NCBI GenBank assembly: GCA_964016885.1
Contig: OZ024742.1
Span: forward strand, 277,388,001-277,452,000
Origin: Eledone cirrhosa
Lineage: Eukaryota
Reading direction: 5' to 3'
DNA length: 64,000 nt
Shown: one piece after another, positions 25,975 to 37,455 of the stretch
Numbering within the stretch: the stretch's first letter is position 1
Layout of the letters: each line of letters starts with the position of its first letter
The notes under the pieces: model-generated
Told to the model about the DNA's origin: nothing
What the model saw: the letters and a program-made list of their open reading frames with translations, nothing else
The model's database searches: none
Translations under genes and position numbers: made by a program

Positions 25975-26989
25975 GTACATATACTTTTTACCTATGAAAG
26001 ATCAAATTTTTAGATTTTTACACACACATTCTCTCTGAGATGTTCAACATATCTTTCCATAACGATCGGTCAATTGTTAGCACTACACATGGCAACTACC
26101 ATTTTCATCTGGCATTCGAGCATATTTAATTCTTTCCATGTTACCATCGTCCCATCTCTGGCAACTCAACAATCTCTCGTTTCGTTCATCTTCTCAAAAA
26201 TATTAATTCATGTTTGCACACACAAAGCTAAACTCATAGCCTCAGCTCGAGCCAGCGCGGCTGGACCGAGGGGACCGCATGACAATCTTCGCATTCCGTG
26301 GCGGTAGGCCACACGTCTTTCTTGCTACACGATGTGGCACCTTCTCTAGCGGCAGCATGCTGCGTCCGGCTGCCAGCTTAGGATCCGCTGTTTGCCATGC
26401 CGAAGATGGCAAACTGTCCGAGTATCGGCCGCTTTCTGATATTTTTGTGGTAGAGCGAGTAGCAGTGGAGACTACCAGTGTTCTTGACTCCTAGACAACG
26501 GCCCCCGCTCATGGCCATCGGAGCTGAGTTGGGTGAGCGAAGTTGCAAGTCTCCCCCAGTTTGATTGGCTCTACCAGCTCGTCTCAGTCACCGTCCTCCA
26601 AGGCAATATATTCTTCATCCTGTCGGTACGAAGAGGTGCAGGGTAAGATAGTTTCCACCTTATGTTTCTCTTCTGCTGCCTAGATATTTCTTCCTAGACA
26701 TGTTACCGAAAGTTTTCAGAGTAATCGAAAGCAACAGCTTATTTTAGATTTCATAAAAACGACAACGACGATATCAACATAAGAGAAGAATACATTTGGA
26801 AAGGTTGATTGGTGGTAAGTATTTCCGTTGGACATGCAAAATTATTGCCGACGTATAGTGTTGAAATATTGCACAAGTTTTCTGATTAATGAAACAATGT
26901 TTCGATTATGACATCATCACTATTTAAATTGTGATAAGGACGCTTACAAATTGTTCGAAGAAGCAAAGAATGGAGTAAAACAATTAGAG

Positions 26990-27061
26990 TTCCTATGCCG
27001 GGAACCGAACCAGGGCCACCTGGGTGAAAGCCAGGAATCCTAACCACTAGACCACATGGGA
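26990..27061 (-). pseudogene. tRNA-Glu(TTC), unit 21, likely pseudogene
   Basis: T-loop TTCGG, T-stem and acceptor mismatches. Confidence 0.72.
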
Positions 27062-27242
27062 AACCATTGCTGAAATGAGGAAATAGTACACTTTTAAATG
27101 TGACAATATATTAATAAACTGTAGAAACTTCTATATATTTATAGAAGCAGGCATAACATGACAGGCACGGTTTTCATTCATAGATAAATATCACTAGCGA
27201 TTTCTTCAATACGTTGCTTTACTAAAGGTCACCACCTATACA

Positions 27243-27314
27243 TCCTCGGTAGTATAGTGGTAAGTATCCCCGCCTGTCACGCGGGAGACCGGGGTTCGAT
27301 TCCCCGCCGGGGAG
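27243..27314 (+). tRNA. tRNA-Asp(GTC), unit 21, consensus
   Basis: Identical to consensus. Confidence 0.95.
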
Positions 27315-28329
27315 GTACATATACGTTTTACCTATGAAAGAACAAATTTTTAGATTTTTACACACACATTGTCTCTTAGATGTTCAACATATCTTTCCAT
27401 AACGATCGGTCAATTGTTAGCACTACACATGGCAACTACCATTTTCATCTGGCATTCGAGCATATTTAATTCTTTCCATGTTACCATCGTCCCATCTCTG
27501 CCAACTCAACAATCCCTCGTTTCGTTCATCTTCTCAAAAATATTAATTCATGTTTGCACACACAAAGCTAAACTCATAGCCTCAGCTCGAGCCAGCGCGG
27601 CTGGACCGAGGGGACCGCATGACAATCTTCGCATTCCGTGGCGGTAGGCCACACGTCTTTCTTGCTACACGATGTGGCACCTTCTCTAGCGGAAGCATGC
27701 TGCGTCCGGCTGCCAGCTTAGGATCCGCTGTTTGCCATGCCGAAGATGGCAAACTGTCCGAGTATCGGCCGCTTTCTGATATTTTTGTGGTAGAGCGAGT
27801 AGCAGTGGAGACTACCAGTGTTCTTGACTCCTAGACAACGGCCCCCGCTCATGGCCATCGGAGCTGAGTTGGGTGAGCGAAGTTGCAAGTCTCCCCCAGT
27901 TTGATTGGCTCTACCAGCTCGTCTCAGTCACCGTCCTCCAAGGCAATATATTCTTCATCCTGTCGGTACGAAGAGGTGCAGGGTAAGATAGTTTCCACCT
28001 CATATTTCTCTTCTGCTACCTAGATATTTCTTCCTAGACATGTTACCGAAAGTTTTCAGAGTAATCGAAAGCAACAGCTGACATTTGATTTCATAAAAAC
28101 GACAACGACGATATCAACATAAGAGAAGAATACATTTGGAAAGGTTGATTGGTGGTAAGTATTTCCGTTGGACATGCAAAATTATTGCCGACGTATAGTG
28201 TTGAAATATTGCACAAGTTTACTGATTAATGAAACAATGTTTCGACTATTACATCATCACTATTTAAATTGTGATAAGGACGCTTACAAATTGTTAGAAG
28301 AAGCAAAGAATGGAGTAAAACAATTAGAG

Positions 28330-28401
28330 TTCCTATGCCGGGAACCGAACCAGGGCCACCTGGGTGAAAGCCAGGAATCCTAACCACTAGACCACATGGG
28401 A
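28330..28401 (-). pseudogene. tRNA-Glu(TTC), unit 22, likely pseudogene
   Basis: Same lesions as unit 21. Confidence 0.72.
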
Positions 28402-28582
28402 AGCCATTGCTGAAATGAGGAAATAGTACACTTTTAAATGTGACAATATATTAATAAACTGTAGAAACTTCTATATATTTATAGAAGCAGACATAACATG
28501 ACAGGCACGGTTTTCATTCATAGATAAATATCACTAGCGATTTCTCCAATACGTTGCTTTACTAAAGGTCACCGCCTAAACA

Positions 28583-28654
28583 TCCTCGGTAGTATAGTAA
28601 TAAGTATCCCCGCCTGTCACGCGAGAGGCCGGGGTTCGATTCCCCGCCGCGGAG
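28583..28654 (+). pseudogene. tRNA-Asp(GTC) pseudogene, unit 22
   Basis: D-loop GG>AA (A box), anticodon-stem and acceptor mismatches. Confidence 0.8.
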
Positions 28655-29660
28655 GTACATATACTTTTTACCTATGAAAGAACAAATTTGTAGATTTTTA
28701 CACACATTCTCTCTTACATGTTCAACATATCTTTCCATAACGATCGGTCAATTGTTAGCACTACACATGGCAACTACCATTTTCATACGGCATTCTAGCA
28801 TATTTAATTCTTTCCATTTTACCGTCGTCCCATCTCTGGCAACTAAACAATCTCTCGTTTCGTTCATCTCAAAAATATTAATTCATGTTTGCACACACAA
28901 AGCTAAACTCAAAGCCTGAACTCGAGCCAGCGCGGCTGGACCGAGGGGACGGCATGACAATCTTCCCATTCCGTGGCGGTAGGCCACACGTCTCTCTTGC
29001 TACACGATGTGGCACCTTCTCTAGCGGCAGCATGCTGCGTCCGGCTGCCAGCTTAGGATCCGCTGTTTGCCATGCCGAAGATGGCAAACTGTCCGAGTAT
29101 CGGCCGCTTTGTGATATGTTTGTGGTAGAGCGAGTAGCAGTGGAGTCTACCAGTGTTCTTGACCCCTAGACAACGGCCCCCGCTCATGGCCACCGGAGCT
29201 GAGTTGGGTGAGCGAAGTTGCAAGTCTCCCCCAATTTGATTGGCTCTACCAGCTCGTCTCCGTCACCGTCCTCCAAGGCAATATATTCTTCATCCTGTCG
29301 GTACGAAGAGGTTCAGGGTAAGATAGTTTCCACCTCATATTTCTCTTCTGCTACCTAGATATTTCTTCCTAGACATGTTACCGAAAGTTTTCAGAGTAAT
29401 CGAAAGCAACAGCTGATTTTTGATTTCATAAAAACGACAACGACGATATCAACATAAGAGAAGAATACATTTGGAAAGGTTGATTGGTGGTATTTCCGTT
29501 GGACATGCAAAATTATTGCCGACGTATAGTGTTGAAATATTGCACAAGTTTACTGATTAATGAAACAATGTTTCGACTATTACATCATCACTATTTAAAT
29601 TGTGATAAGGACGCTTACAAATTGTTAGAAGAAGCAAAGAATGGAGTAAAACAATTAGAG

Positions 29661-29732
29661 TTCCCATGCCGGGAATCGAACCCGGGCCGCCTGGGTGAAA
29701 GCCAGGAATCGTAACCACTAGACCACATGGGA
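29661..29732 (-). tRNA. tRNA-Glu(TTC), unit 23, D-arm variant
   Basis: GGTTACGATT instead of GGTTAGGATT. Confidence 0.85.
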
Positions 29733-29913
29733 AGCCATTGCTGAAATAAGGAAATAGTACACTTTTAAATGTGACATTATATTAATAAACTGTAGAAACT
29801 TCTATATATTTATAGAAGCAGGCATAACATGACAAGTATGGCTTTCGTTCGTAGATAAATATCACTAGCGATTTCTTCAATACGTTGCTTTACTAAAGGT
29901 CACCCCCTATACA

Positions 29914-29985
29914 TCCTCGGTAGTATAGTGGTAAGTATCCCCGCCTGTCACGCGGGAGACCGGGGTTCGATTCCCCACCGGGGAG
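29914..29985 (+). tRNA. tRNA-Asp(GTC), unit 23, T-stem variant
   Basis: CCCCACCGG instead of CCCCGCCGG. Confidence 0.87.
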
Positions 29986-30995
29986 GTACATATACGTTTT
30001 ACCTATGAAAGAACAAATTTTTAGATTTTTACACACATTCTCTCTTAGATGGTCAACATATCTTTCCATAACGATCGGTCAATTGTTAGCACTACACATG
30101 GCAACTACCATTTTCATCTGGTATTCTAGCATATTTAATTCTTTCCATTTTACCGTCGTCCCATCTCTGGCAACTAAACAATCTCTCGTTTTGTTCATCT
30201 CAAAAATATTAATTCATGTTTGCACACACAAAGCTAAACTCAAAGCCTCAGCTCGAGCCAGCGCGGCTGGACCGAGGGGACGCCATGACAATCTTCCCAT
30301 TACGTGACGGTAGGCCACACGTCTCTCTTGCTACACGATGTGGCACCTTCTCTAGCGGCAGCATGCTGCGTCCGGCTGCCAGCTTAGGATCCGCTGTTTG
30401 CCATGCCGAAGATGGCAAACTGTACGAGTATCGGCCGCTTTCTTATATGTTTGTGGTAGAGCGAGTAGCAGTGGAGACTACCAGTGTTCTTGACGCCTAG
30501 ACAACGGCCCCCGCTCATTGCCATCGGAGCTGAGTTGGGTGCGCGAAGTTGCAAGTCTCCCCCAGTTTGATTGGCTCTACCAGCTCGTCTCCGTCACCGT
30601 CTACCGAGGCAATATATTCTTCATCCTGTCGGTACGAAGAGGTGCAGGGTAAGATAGTTTCCACCTCATATTTCTCTTCTGCTGCCTAGATATTTCTTCC
30701 TAGACATGTTACCGAAAGTTTTCAGAGTAATCGAAAGCAACAGTTGATTTTTGATTTCATAAAAACGACAACGACGATATCAACATAAGAGAAGAATGCA
30801 TTTGGAAAGGTTGATTGGTGGTAAGTATTTCCGTTGGACATGCAAAATTATTGCCGACGTATTGTGTTGAAATATTGCACAAGTTTACTGATTAATGAAA
30901 CAATGTTTCGACTATTACATCATCACTATTTAAATTGTGATAAGGACGCTTACAAATTGTTAGAAGAAGCAAAGAATGGAGTAAAACAATTAGAG

Positions 30996-31067
30996 TTCCT
31001 ATGCCGGGAACCGAACCAGGGCCATCTGGGTGAAAGCCAGGAATCCTAACCACTAGACCACATGGGA
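30996..31067 (-). pseudogene. tRNA-Glu(TTC), unit 24, likely pseudogene
   Basis: Lesions as unit 21 plus an anticodon-stem change. Confidence 0.75.
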
Positions 31068-31248
31068 AGCCATTGCTGAAATGAGGAAATAGTACACTTT
31101 TAAATGTGACAATATATTAATAAACTGTAGAAACTTCTATATATTTATAGAAGCAGGCATAACATGACAGGCACGGTTTTCATTCATAGATAAATATCAC
31201 TAGCGATTTCTTCAATAAGTTGCTTTACTAAAGGTCACCACCTATACA

Positions 31249-31322
31249 TCCTCGGTAGTATAGTGGTAAGTATCCCCCCCCCCTGTCACGCGGGAGACCG
31301 GGTTCGATTCCCCGCCGTGGAG
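31249..31322 (+). pseudogene. tRNA-Asp(GTC) pseudogene, unit 24
   Basis: Poly-C expansion in anticodon stem, 1-nt T-stem deletion, acceptor mismatch. Confidence 0.8.
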
Positions 31323-32184
31323 GTACACATACGTTTTACCTATGAAAGAACAAATTTTTATATTTTTACACACATTCTCTCTTAGATGTTCAACATATCT
31401 TTCCATAACGATCGGTCAATTGTTAGCACTACACATGGCAACTACCATTTTCATCTGGCATTCTAGCATATTTAATTCTTTCCATTTGACCATTGTCCCA
31501 TCTCTGGCAACTCAACAATCTCTCGTTTCGTTTATCCTCTCAAAAATATTAATTCATGTTTGCACAGACATGTTTGCGCAGCTGGACCGAGGGGACGGTA
31601 TGACAATCTTCCCATTCCGTGGCGGTAGGCCACACGTCTCTCATGCTACACGATGTGGCACCTCCTCTAGCGGCAACATGGTGCGTTCAGCTGCCAGCTT
31701 AGGATCCGCTGTTTGCCACGCCGAAGATGGCAAAAGCACCGAGTATCGGCCGCTTTCTGATATGTTTGTGGTAGAGCGAGTAGCAGTGGAGACTACTGGA
31801 CAATGGCCCCCGCTCATGGCCATCGGAGCTGAGTTTGGTGCGCGAAGCTGCAAGTCTCCCCCAGGTTTAGTGGCTCTACCAGCTCGTTTCCGTCACCGTC
31901 TTCCGGGGAAATATATTCTTCAACCTGTCGCTACGAAGAGGTGCAGGGTAAGATAGTTTCCACCTCATATTTCTCTTCTGCTGCCTAGATATTTCTTCCT
32001 AGACATATGTTACTGAAAGTTTTCAGAGTAATCGAAATCAAAAGCCAATTTTTGATTTCATATAAACGACATCGACGATGTCAACATAAGAGAAGATTAC
32101 ATTTGAAAAGGTTGATTGGTGGTAAGTATTTGTCATGCAACATGATTGCCAACGTATAGATTTGAAATATTGCACAAGTTTACT

Positions 32185-33313
32185 GACCAGATAGAAAAAT
32201 GCGTACAGCAAAAAAAAAGTATATTGTTGGAAAATAAACCTTTAAAAATACAGGACAAGAAACTAAAATAAAACTTTAAAAGAATAGGACAAGAAACTAA
32301 GATTAATCTTTAAAGAATTGGACAAGAAACTAAGATAAAACTTTAAAAGAATAGGACAAGAAACTAAGATAAATCTTTAAATAATTGGACAAGAAATAAA
32401 AAAATTTACAATAATATTAGTGGCAATATTTTTATTGGTAAAAAATCGAGTTCCACATTCATAGTCTCTGGGTTCCACATTCAGAGGTCGTCGTCAGACC
32501 GGGGGATCATTTGATCCTGGTTTGAACACCAATTGGGCCATAACCAAACCCCTATTTCATCATTCGGCGACACGCCTCATGTGTCATGCATAATGTGAAT
32601 GGACCCATGGCCCCATGAGCACAGATCTTGAGCAGCAGCGGACGGTCTTGTCGTCCCGCTCATCCTTGATCTTGACCAACCCGTCCATCTTCTCCTTGAA
32701 TCTTGTCCTTGAGTTCAAGTCCGGCAGTCCAGATGAATGCATGCTACAGCTTTCTGGTACAGGAAGGGGGAGCAGGAGGACTGGAGGGATGACGGGACAG
32801 AGGGAGGGAGGACCGGTGGTTGAGGGAGGTGCCGTAGTCGGTGGTCAGAGTCGACATCTTGTCCCGGTCGTCTTCTCCATCTTCGTCTGGGGTTGCGGGA
32901 CCAGAAGTGCATTCTTGGAGGAGACCTGCAGCTGCATCGGCCAATTCTTCTTGCAATGGTCATTCTGACGGAGCAGAACTGCTCAGCCAACCAACCCCAA
33001 CCAGAACCAACCGCTCAGGGGCAACGCACAATGAGAGCATGACAATTATTATGCACTAATCAAGAAGATACTGGGGCATAGCACAGGAAACGAATAAAAA
33101 AATTTTGCCACTAATATTATTGTAAAATTTTTTATTTCTTGTCCAATTCTTTAAAGTTTTATCTTAGTTTCTTGTCCTATTCTTTTAAAGTTTTATATTC
33201 GTTTCTTGTCCTATTCTTTTAAAGTTTTATTTTAGTTTCTTGTCCTGTATTTTTAAAGGTTTATATTCCAACAATATTACTTTTTTTTGCTGTACGCATA
33301 TTTCTATCTAGTC
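32185..33313. mobile_element. Non-autonomous foldback-type DNA element with ~215-250-bp terminal inverted repeats built of ~34-bp subrepeats, enclosing a ~650-bp GC-rich interior
   Basis: GACCAGATAGAAAAATGCGTACAGCAAAAAAAAAGT... at 32185 is mirrored by ...ACTTTTTTTTGCTGTACGCATATTTCTATCTAGTC at 33313. GGACAAGAAACTAAGATAAAACTTTAAAAGAATA repeats occur in both arms; TACT lies immediately outside both ends. Confidence 0.8.
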
Positions 33314-34125
33314 TACTATTTTTTAAGGCAATGCAAGCAACAACTATCTAATAATTAAATGACCATAGTGAATTACTGACAAGTGATTGACATTTTAAAG
33401 TTCTTTTGAGTATAATTGCAATCTGGTTGAGGCAACGGGCTTAATGACAAAGCTAGTAAATCATGAATGCATTTGAGATGATTAGTGCATAATAGTGAAT
33501 TGGTGAAACTTGTGCATTTCAATGGTGTTACAACAATAGATGTAAGTTATATAGTAGTAATACTTTATCATTTTAACTTTTTAGAATGGACAAAAACCCA
33601 TGCAAAGAAATGACTTTGACTGCAGTGATTCTCTCCAATTTACTTACAAAGCAAAACGTGGTCAAATACCTTATCATCTCTGATAAAATGCCCATTGAAT
33701 CACTGAAAATCGGATGCATGGAATTCCTCATAAAATGCACCTATGAATCGGAAGCCATCACATATATCAATGGATATAGGGAGTAGTTCACACTGGAAGA
33801 CCATCACTTCATTTGTGACTTCATCAGTTATCTCCACGATTATCTCAGACACCCAATGCCATTGATGAGAGGTGATCCAATGTGTGAGCATGTAACTAAT
33901 CTTATAGAAGTTGTTATCGACCACCTGGCTTTTAGTGACATTTGACTGATTTGACTGATAATGATGTATTTTTAAAAAGTATGTGTACATTCTTGTTACT
34001 ATTTTAAGGCAATGCAAGCAACAACTATTTAATAAAATTTAAATTTAAAAATGACCATTGTGCATTACTAGTATGATGACATTTTATTAAGTCACAAAAT
34101 TAGTCAGTCAGCCATAGAACAAGGA

Positions 34126-34790
34126 TCAGGTGGCAAAAACATTGGCAAAAATTTGTGTCAATTTAAGATTTCCAACATTGTTCAAATGAATCATATCTGG
34201 TTTGAAGTCAGATTTGTCAAATTTTGACCAATTTTCAATGTTGTGAAGATTGGGCAACTTCAATTTTTGAATCATTTCTTTCATGCAGTAATTAAACTTT
34301 TCCAAACGAGAATTTCTCTTGCCCAAGTCATTTTTATTTTCAATTATACTTTATGGACGTGGAATGACACCACTGTAGAAAATGGGTGTACAGTGGTGCT
34401 TTTCCGCTATTTTCTGTAGCCTTGCAAAGAGACTCTTCCCCTGTTTTTCCGGTTTTGTGCCTCGAATGGGCACTTTGTCCTTAATTTACAAATAAATGAT
34501 TAATAAAAAATACTTGGGCAAAAATTATTGTATTACTTTGCACAGCTTTGTAGTGCCAACGGTGCGACGAGGATTCAGATCATTACAGCCGACATGAACC
34601 ACCAATACTTTCACAAAAGGACAACAGATAACAATGTTGGCGATTAACATTACCTGGCCCTGACGGGCCCCAGGTATACAAAATATCTAAGTATTTTTGT
34701 TGGTATGATAAGTAAATACATTTGAATTAATATTTTTATACCTTCTGGTCATTCGATTTCGCCACATTTCTAATTATGGATTTGTAAAAA
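34126..34790 (-). pseudogene. SGNH/GDSL hydrolase-like pseudogene with two short phase-0 introns, probably transposon cargo
   Basis: Spliced reading: SIIRNV..K|IFCIPGAR..VLVVHVGCND..K|DK..IFYSGVIPRP*..FKPDMIHLNNVGNLKL (SGNH blocks I, II, III, V). GT-AG introns at 34687-34741 and 34480-34536; one in-frame TAA. Confidence 0.72.
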
Positions 34791-35474
34791 CTGGCATGAA
34801 TGTGAATTTGATCAGTCCAATTGCCCGATTTTAGTAAAAAGTTTTGATTTGAAATGGAAATACTCCAGTTCCGTGCCATGGAAAAAATGAATAAGCCGAT
34901 CAAAAAGCCGCGAAACATCATTTTTAATTAAGCGAAATTAGTGGATGCAAATCTCAGAAAATATTTTACACTATTCGCACCTATCGGTACAAAAATATAG
35001 CGCACTATTCGCACCTATCGGTACAAAAAATCGCACGACTGTTAATAATACTAGAAGTGAAAACTATCTGTTGAATACCTGGTATATGAAGAGCAACCGA
35101 TACGATCGGTCGGCGATCGGTCTTGAAGAAGAATGAAGAATGAAGTGAAATTTTGGTCTGGTTGTTGTCATCGGTGTTTCGCAGAGATGCCGGCACGAAC
35201 AAAGGTGTCAGTGACACAAAGTTGTTCGCTTGAACAAAGGGGTCGGTCCAACAAAGGTGTCAGTCAGACAGAGAGTCAGACAGTGTCACAGTCGGTGCGA
35301 CAAAGCGATCGATGCGATTAAAAAAAATTTAACTCACATGTTTACCTATATTTTCGCAAACTATTGATAGATTGGTACAAAAAATAGCTTTGATAATAAA
35401 CATAAATTTTTAACGAAGTATTTAAAAAGCATTTTAGCAGTGAAAAGTGAAGTAATGTTTCACACTGACGCAAG

Positions 35475-35605
35475 TAGGGCCGTTCAGAAATGACGTAGTC
35501 AATTAGGAGGGGGGGATTCGGCGATTTGACTACATTTGACTAACGTAATCACAATCACAAGAGTTCCGCCGAAAAAAATTCGTCATTTCTGGATTACCTC
35601 CCCTA
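35475..35605. mobile_element. Possible ~130-bp MITE remnant
   Basis: TAGGG..CAGAAATGACG ... CGTCATTTCTG..CCCTA imperfect inverted termini with TA at both ends. Confidence 0.35.
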
Positions 35606-35962
35606 GCGTCACGCTTACTATTCACTCACTTGAACACAAGATTTATCAGCAAACTTTGATTATAAACTTTTTCCCGCTGGACCAAATTTCTAGATTTTTA
35701 AGCCAAAAGATGCGTAATGATCTACTGTTCATGCTCATATAAGTTTTATCTCAGTTAAATAAAGTAGAGCCGCGCTGTACTGTCGTAAACAGACGATTGC
35801 CAACGAAAACACGACCACAACAATATTACTAGTCCGTTTAGGATTTAGGATTAATGAAACAATGTTTCGATTATGACATCATCACTATTTAAATTGTGAT
35901 AAGGACGCTTACAAATTGTTAGAAGAAGCAAAGAATAGGAGAATGGAGTAAAACTATTAGAG

Positions 35963-36034
35963 TTCCCATGCCGGGAATCGAAACCGGGCCGCCTGGGTGA
36001 AAGCCAGGAATCCTAACCACTAGACCACATGGGA
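35963..36034 (-). tRNA. tRNA-Glu(TTC), unit 25, B-box variant
   Basis: Consensus except CCGGTTTCGA instead of CCGGGTTCGA. Confidence 0.75.
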
Positions 36035-36160
36035 AGCCATTACTGAAGTGTCGATATAGTTCACTTTTAAATGTGACAATATATTAATAAACTGAAGAAA
36101 CTTGTACATATTTATAGATTTCTTCAATACGTTGCTTTACTAAAGATCGTCACCTATACG

Positions 36161-36232
36161 TCCTCGGTAGTATAGTGGTAAGTATCCCCCGCCTGTCACG
36201 CGGGAGACCGGGGTTTGATCCCCGCCGAGGAA
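36161..36232 (+). pseudogene. tRNA-Asp(GTC) pseudogene, unit 25
   Basis: Extra C in anticodon stem; T-loop reads GTTTGATC. Confidence 0.78.
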
Positions 36233-37167
36233 GTACATATAATTTCTACCTATGAAAGAACACATTTTTATATTTTTACACACATTCTCTCTTAGATGTT
36301 CAACATATCTTTCCAGAACGATCGGTCAATTTTTAACACTACACACGGCAACTACCATTTTCATCTGGCATTCTAGCATATTTAATTCTTTCCATTTTAC
36401 CATCGTCCCCTCTCTGTCAACTCAACAATCTCTCGTTTCGTTCATCTTCTCGTTGTCGTTTATACGAAATCAAAAATCAGCTTTTGCTTTCGATTACTCT
36501 GAAAACTTTCGGTAAAATATGTCTAGGAAAATATATCTAGGCAACAGAAGAAAATATGAGGTGGAAACTATCTTATCCTCCACCTCTTCGTCCCGACAGG
36601 ATGAAGAATATATTGCGCCGGGGGACCTTGAGGGAGACGCGCTGATAGAGCCAACTAAGCTCGGATAGCAGTGAGTGGGGTCCTGGCCCAGGTGCCAAGA
36701 ACGCCGGGAGTCTCCACTGCTACAGGTTCTAACACAACCTATGAGAAAGCAGACGATACTCGGGCAATCTGTCCTGTTCGGCGTGGCAAACAGCGAATCT
36801 GGTCTGGTAGCCGAACGCATCATGTAGCATGAGAGATGTGTGGCCTACCGCCACGGAACGGGAAGATTTTAATGCCGTCTGGCCGTTTGCCGTCTCTTAG
36901 GTCCAGTGGCACTCTCTCGAGCTAAGGCCATGAGCTTCGTTGAGTGTGTGCCAACATGAATGGAGAAAATGAATGAAACGAGAGATTGTTGAGTTGACAG
37001 AGACGGGACGATATTAAAATGGAAAAAATTAAATATGTTAGAATGCCAGATGAAAATGTAGTGCTAAAAATTGGCCGATGATTCTGGAAATATATGCTGG
37101 ACATCTGAGAGTGAATCTATGCAAAAATCTAAAAATGAGTTCCTTCTTAGGTAAAAAGGAATTACAC

Positions 37168-37240
37168 CTCCCCACGCGGGGAATCGAACCCCGATCTCAC
37201 GCGTGACAGGCGGGGATACTTACCACTATACTACCGAGGA
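37168..37240 (-). pseudogene. tRNA-Asp(GTC) pseudogene in inverted unit
   Basis: Asp body with anticodon-stem and acceptor lesions, 73 nt. Confidence 0.78.
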
Positions 37241-37388
37241 TGTATAGGTTGCGACCTTTAGTAAAGCAACGTATTGAAGAAATCGCTAGTGATATTTATC
37301 TACGAACGAAACCGTGCTTGTCAAGTTTCTACAGTTTATTATATTGTCACATTTAAAAGTGAACTATTTCCTCATTTCAGGAATGGCT

Positions 37389-37455
37389 TCCCATGTGGTC
37401 TAGTGGATTCCTGGCTTTCACCCAGGTGGCCCGGGTTCGATTTCCGGCATGGGAA
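37389..37455 (+). pseudogene. tRNA-Glu(TTC) pseudogene in inverted unit
   Basis: TCCCATGTGGTCTAGTGG[5-nt deletion]ATTCCTGGCTTTCACC... Confidence 0.82.

Larger units (their letters stand above)
1..32186. repeat. Tandem tRNA-gene array: 24 complete ~1331-1340-bp units (tRNA-Glu-TTC/tRNA-Asp-GTC/CRE-like fragment) plus start of unit 25; array probably continues left of the window
   Basis: Near-identical sequence recurs with ~1.34-kb period (e.g. 94-aa ORF starts at 792, 2131, 3471, 4807 ... 30216); each unit holds both tRNA genes. Confidence 0.98.
35849..36450. repeat. Right part of array unit 25 (degenerate), resuming after the 3.66-kb insertion
   Basis: GATTAATGAAACAATGTTTCG continues the unit sequence interrupted at ...AAGTTTACTGA (32186). 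Confidence 0.9.

Noticed and set aside
86-31956. Recurrent 61-101-aa ORFs in every array unit (MVRIPGFHP.., MLALHMATT.., MDMQNYCRR.., MKEQNFRF..) as protein-coding genes
   Set aside because: They overlap tRNA genes or AT-rich spacer, appear and disappear with single indels between units, and show no domain. The 94-aa ORF is a retroelement relic that has lost its catalytic motif.
1-32186. CRISPR-like or prokaryotic repeat array
   Set aside because: Units are ~1.34 kb and near-identical throughout with no unique spacers; the context is eukaryotic (Pol III tRNAs without encoded CCA, LINEs, C2H2 gene).
32185-33313. Assigning the TIR element to a named superfamily (Mutator, Academ, Polinton)
   Set aside because: No transposase is present and the termini and TSD are ambiguous from a single copy.
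235-37455. Anticodon-switched or suppressor tRNAs among the variants
   Set aside because: Every copy I read keeps TTC (Glu) or GTC (Asp); the variation is in stems and loops only.
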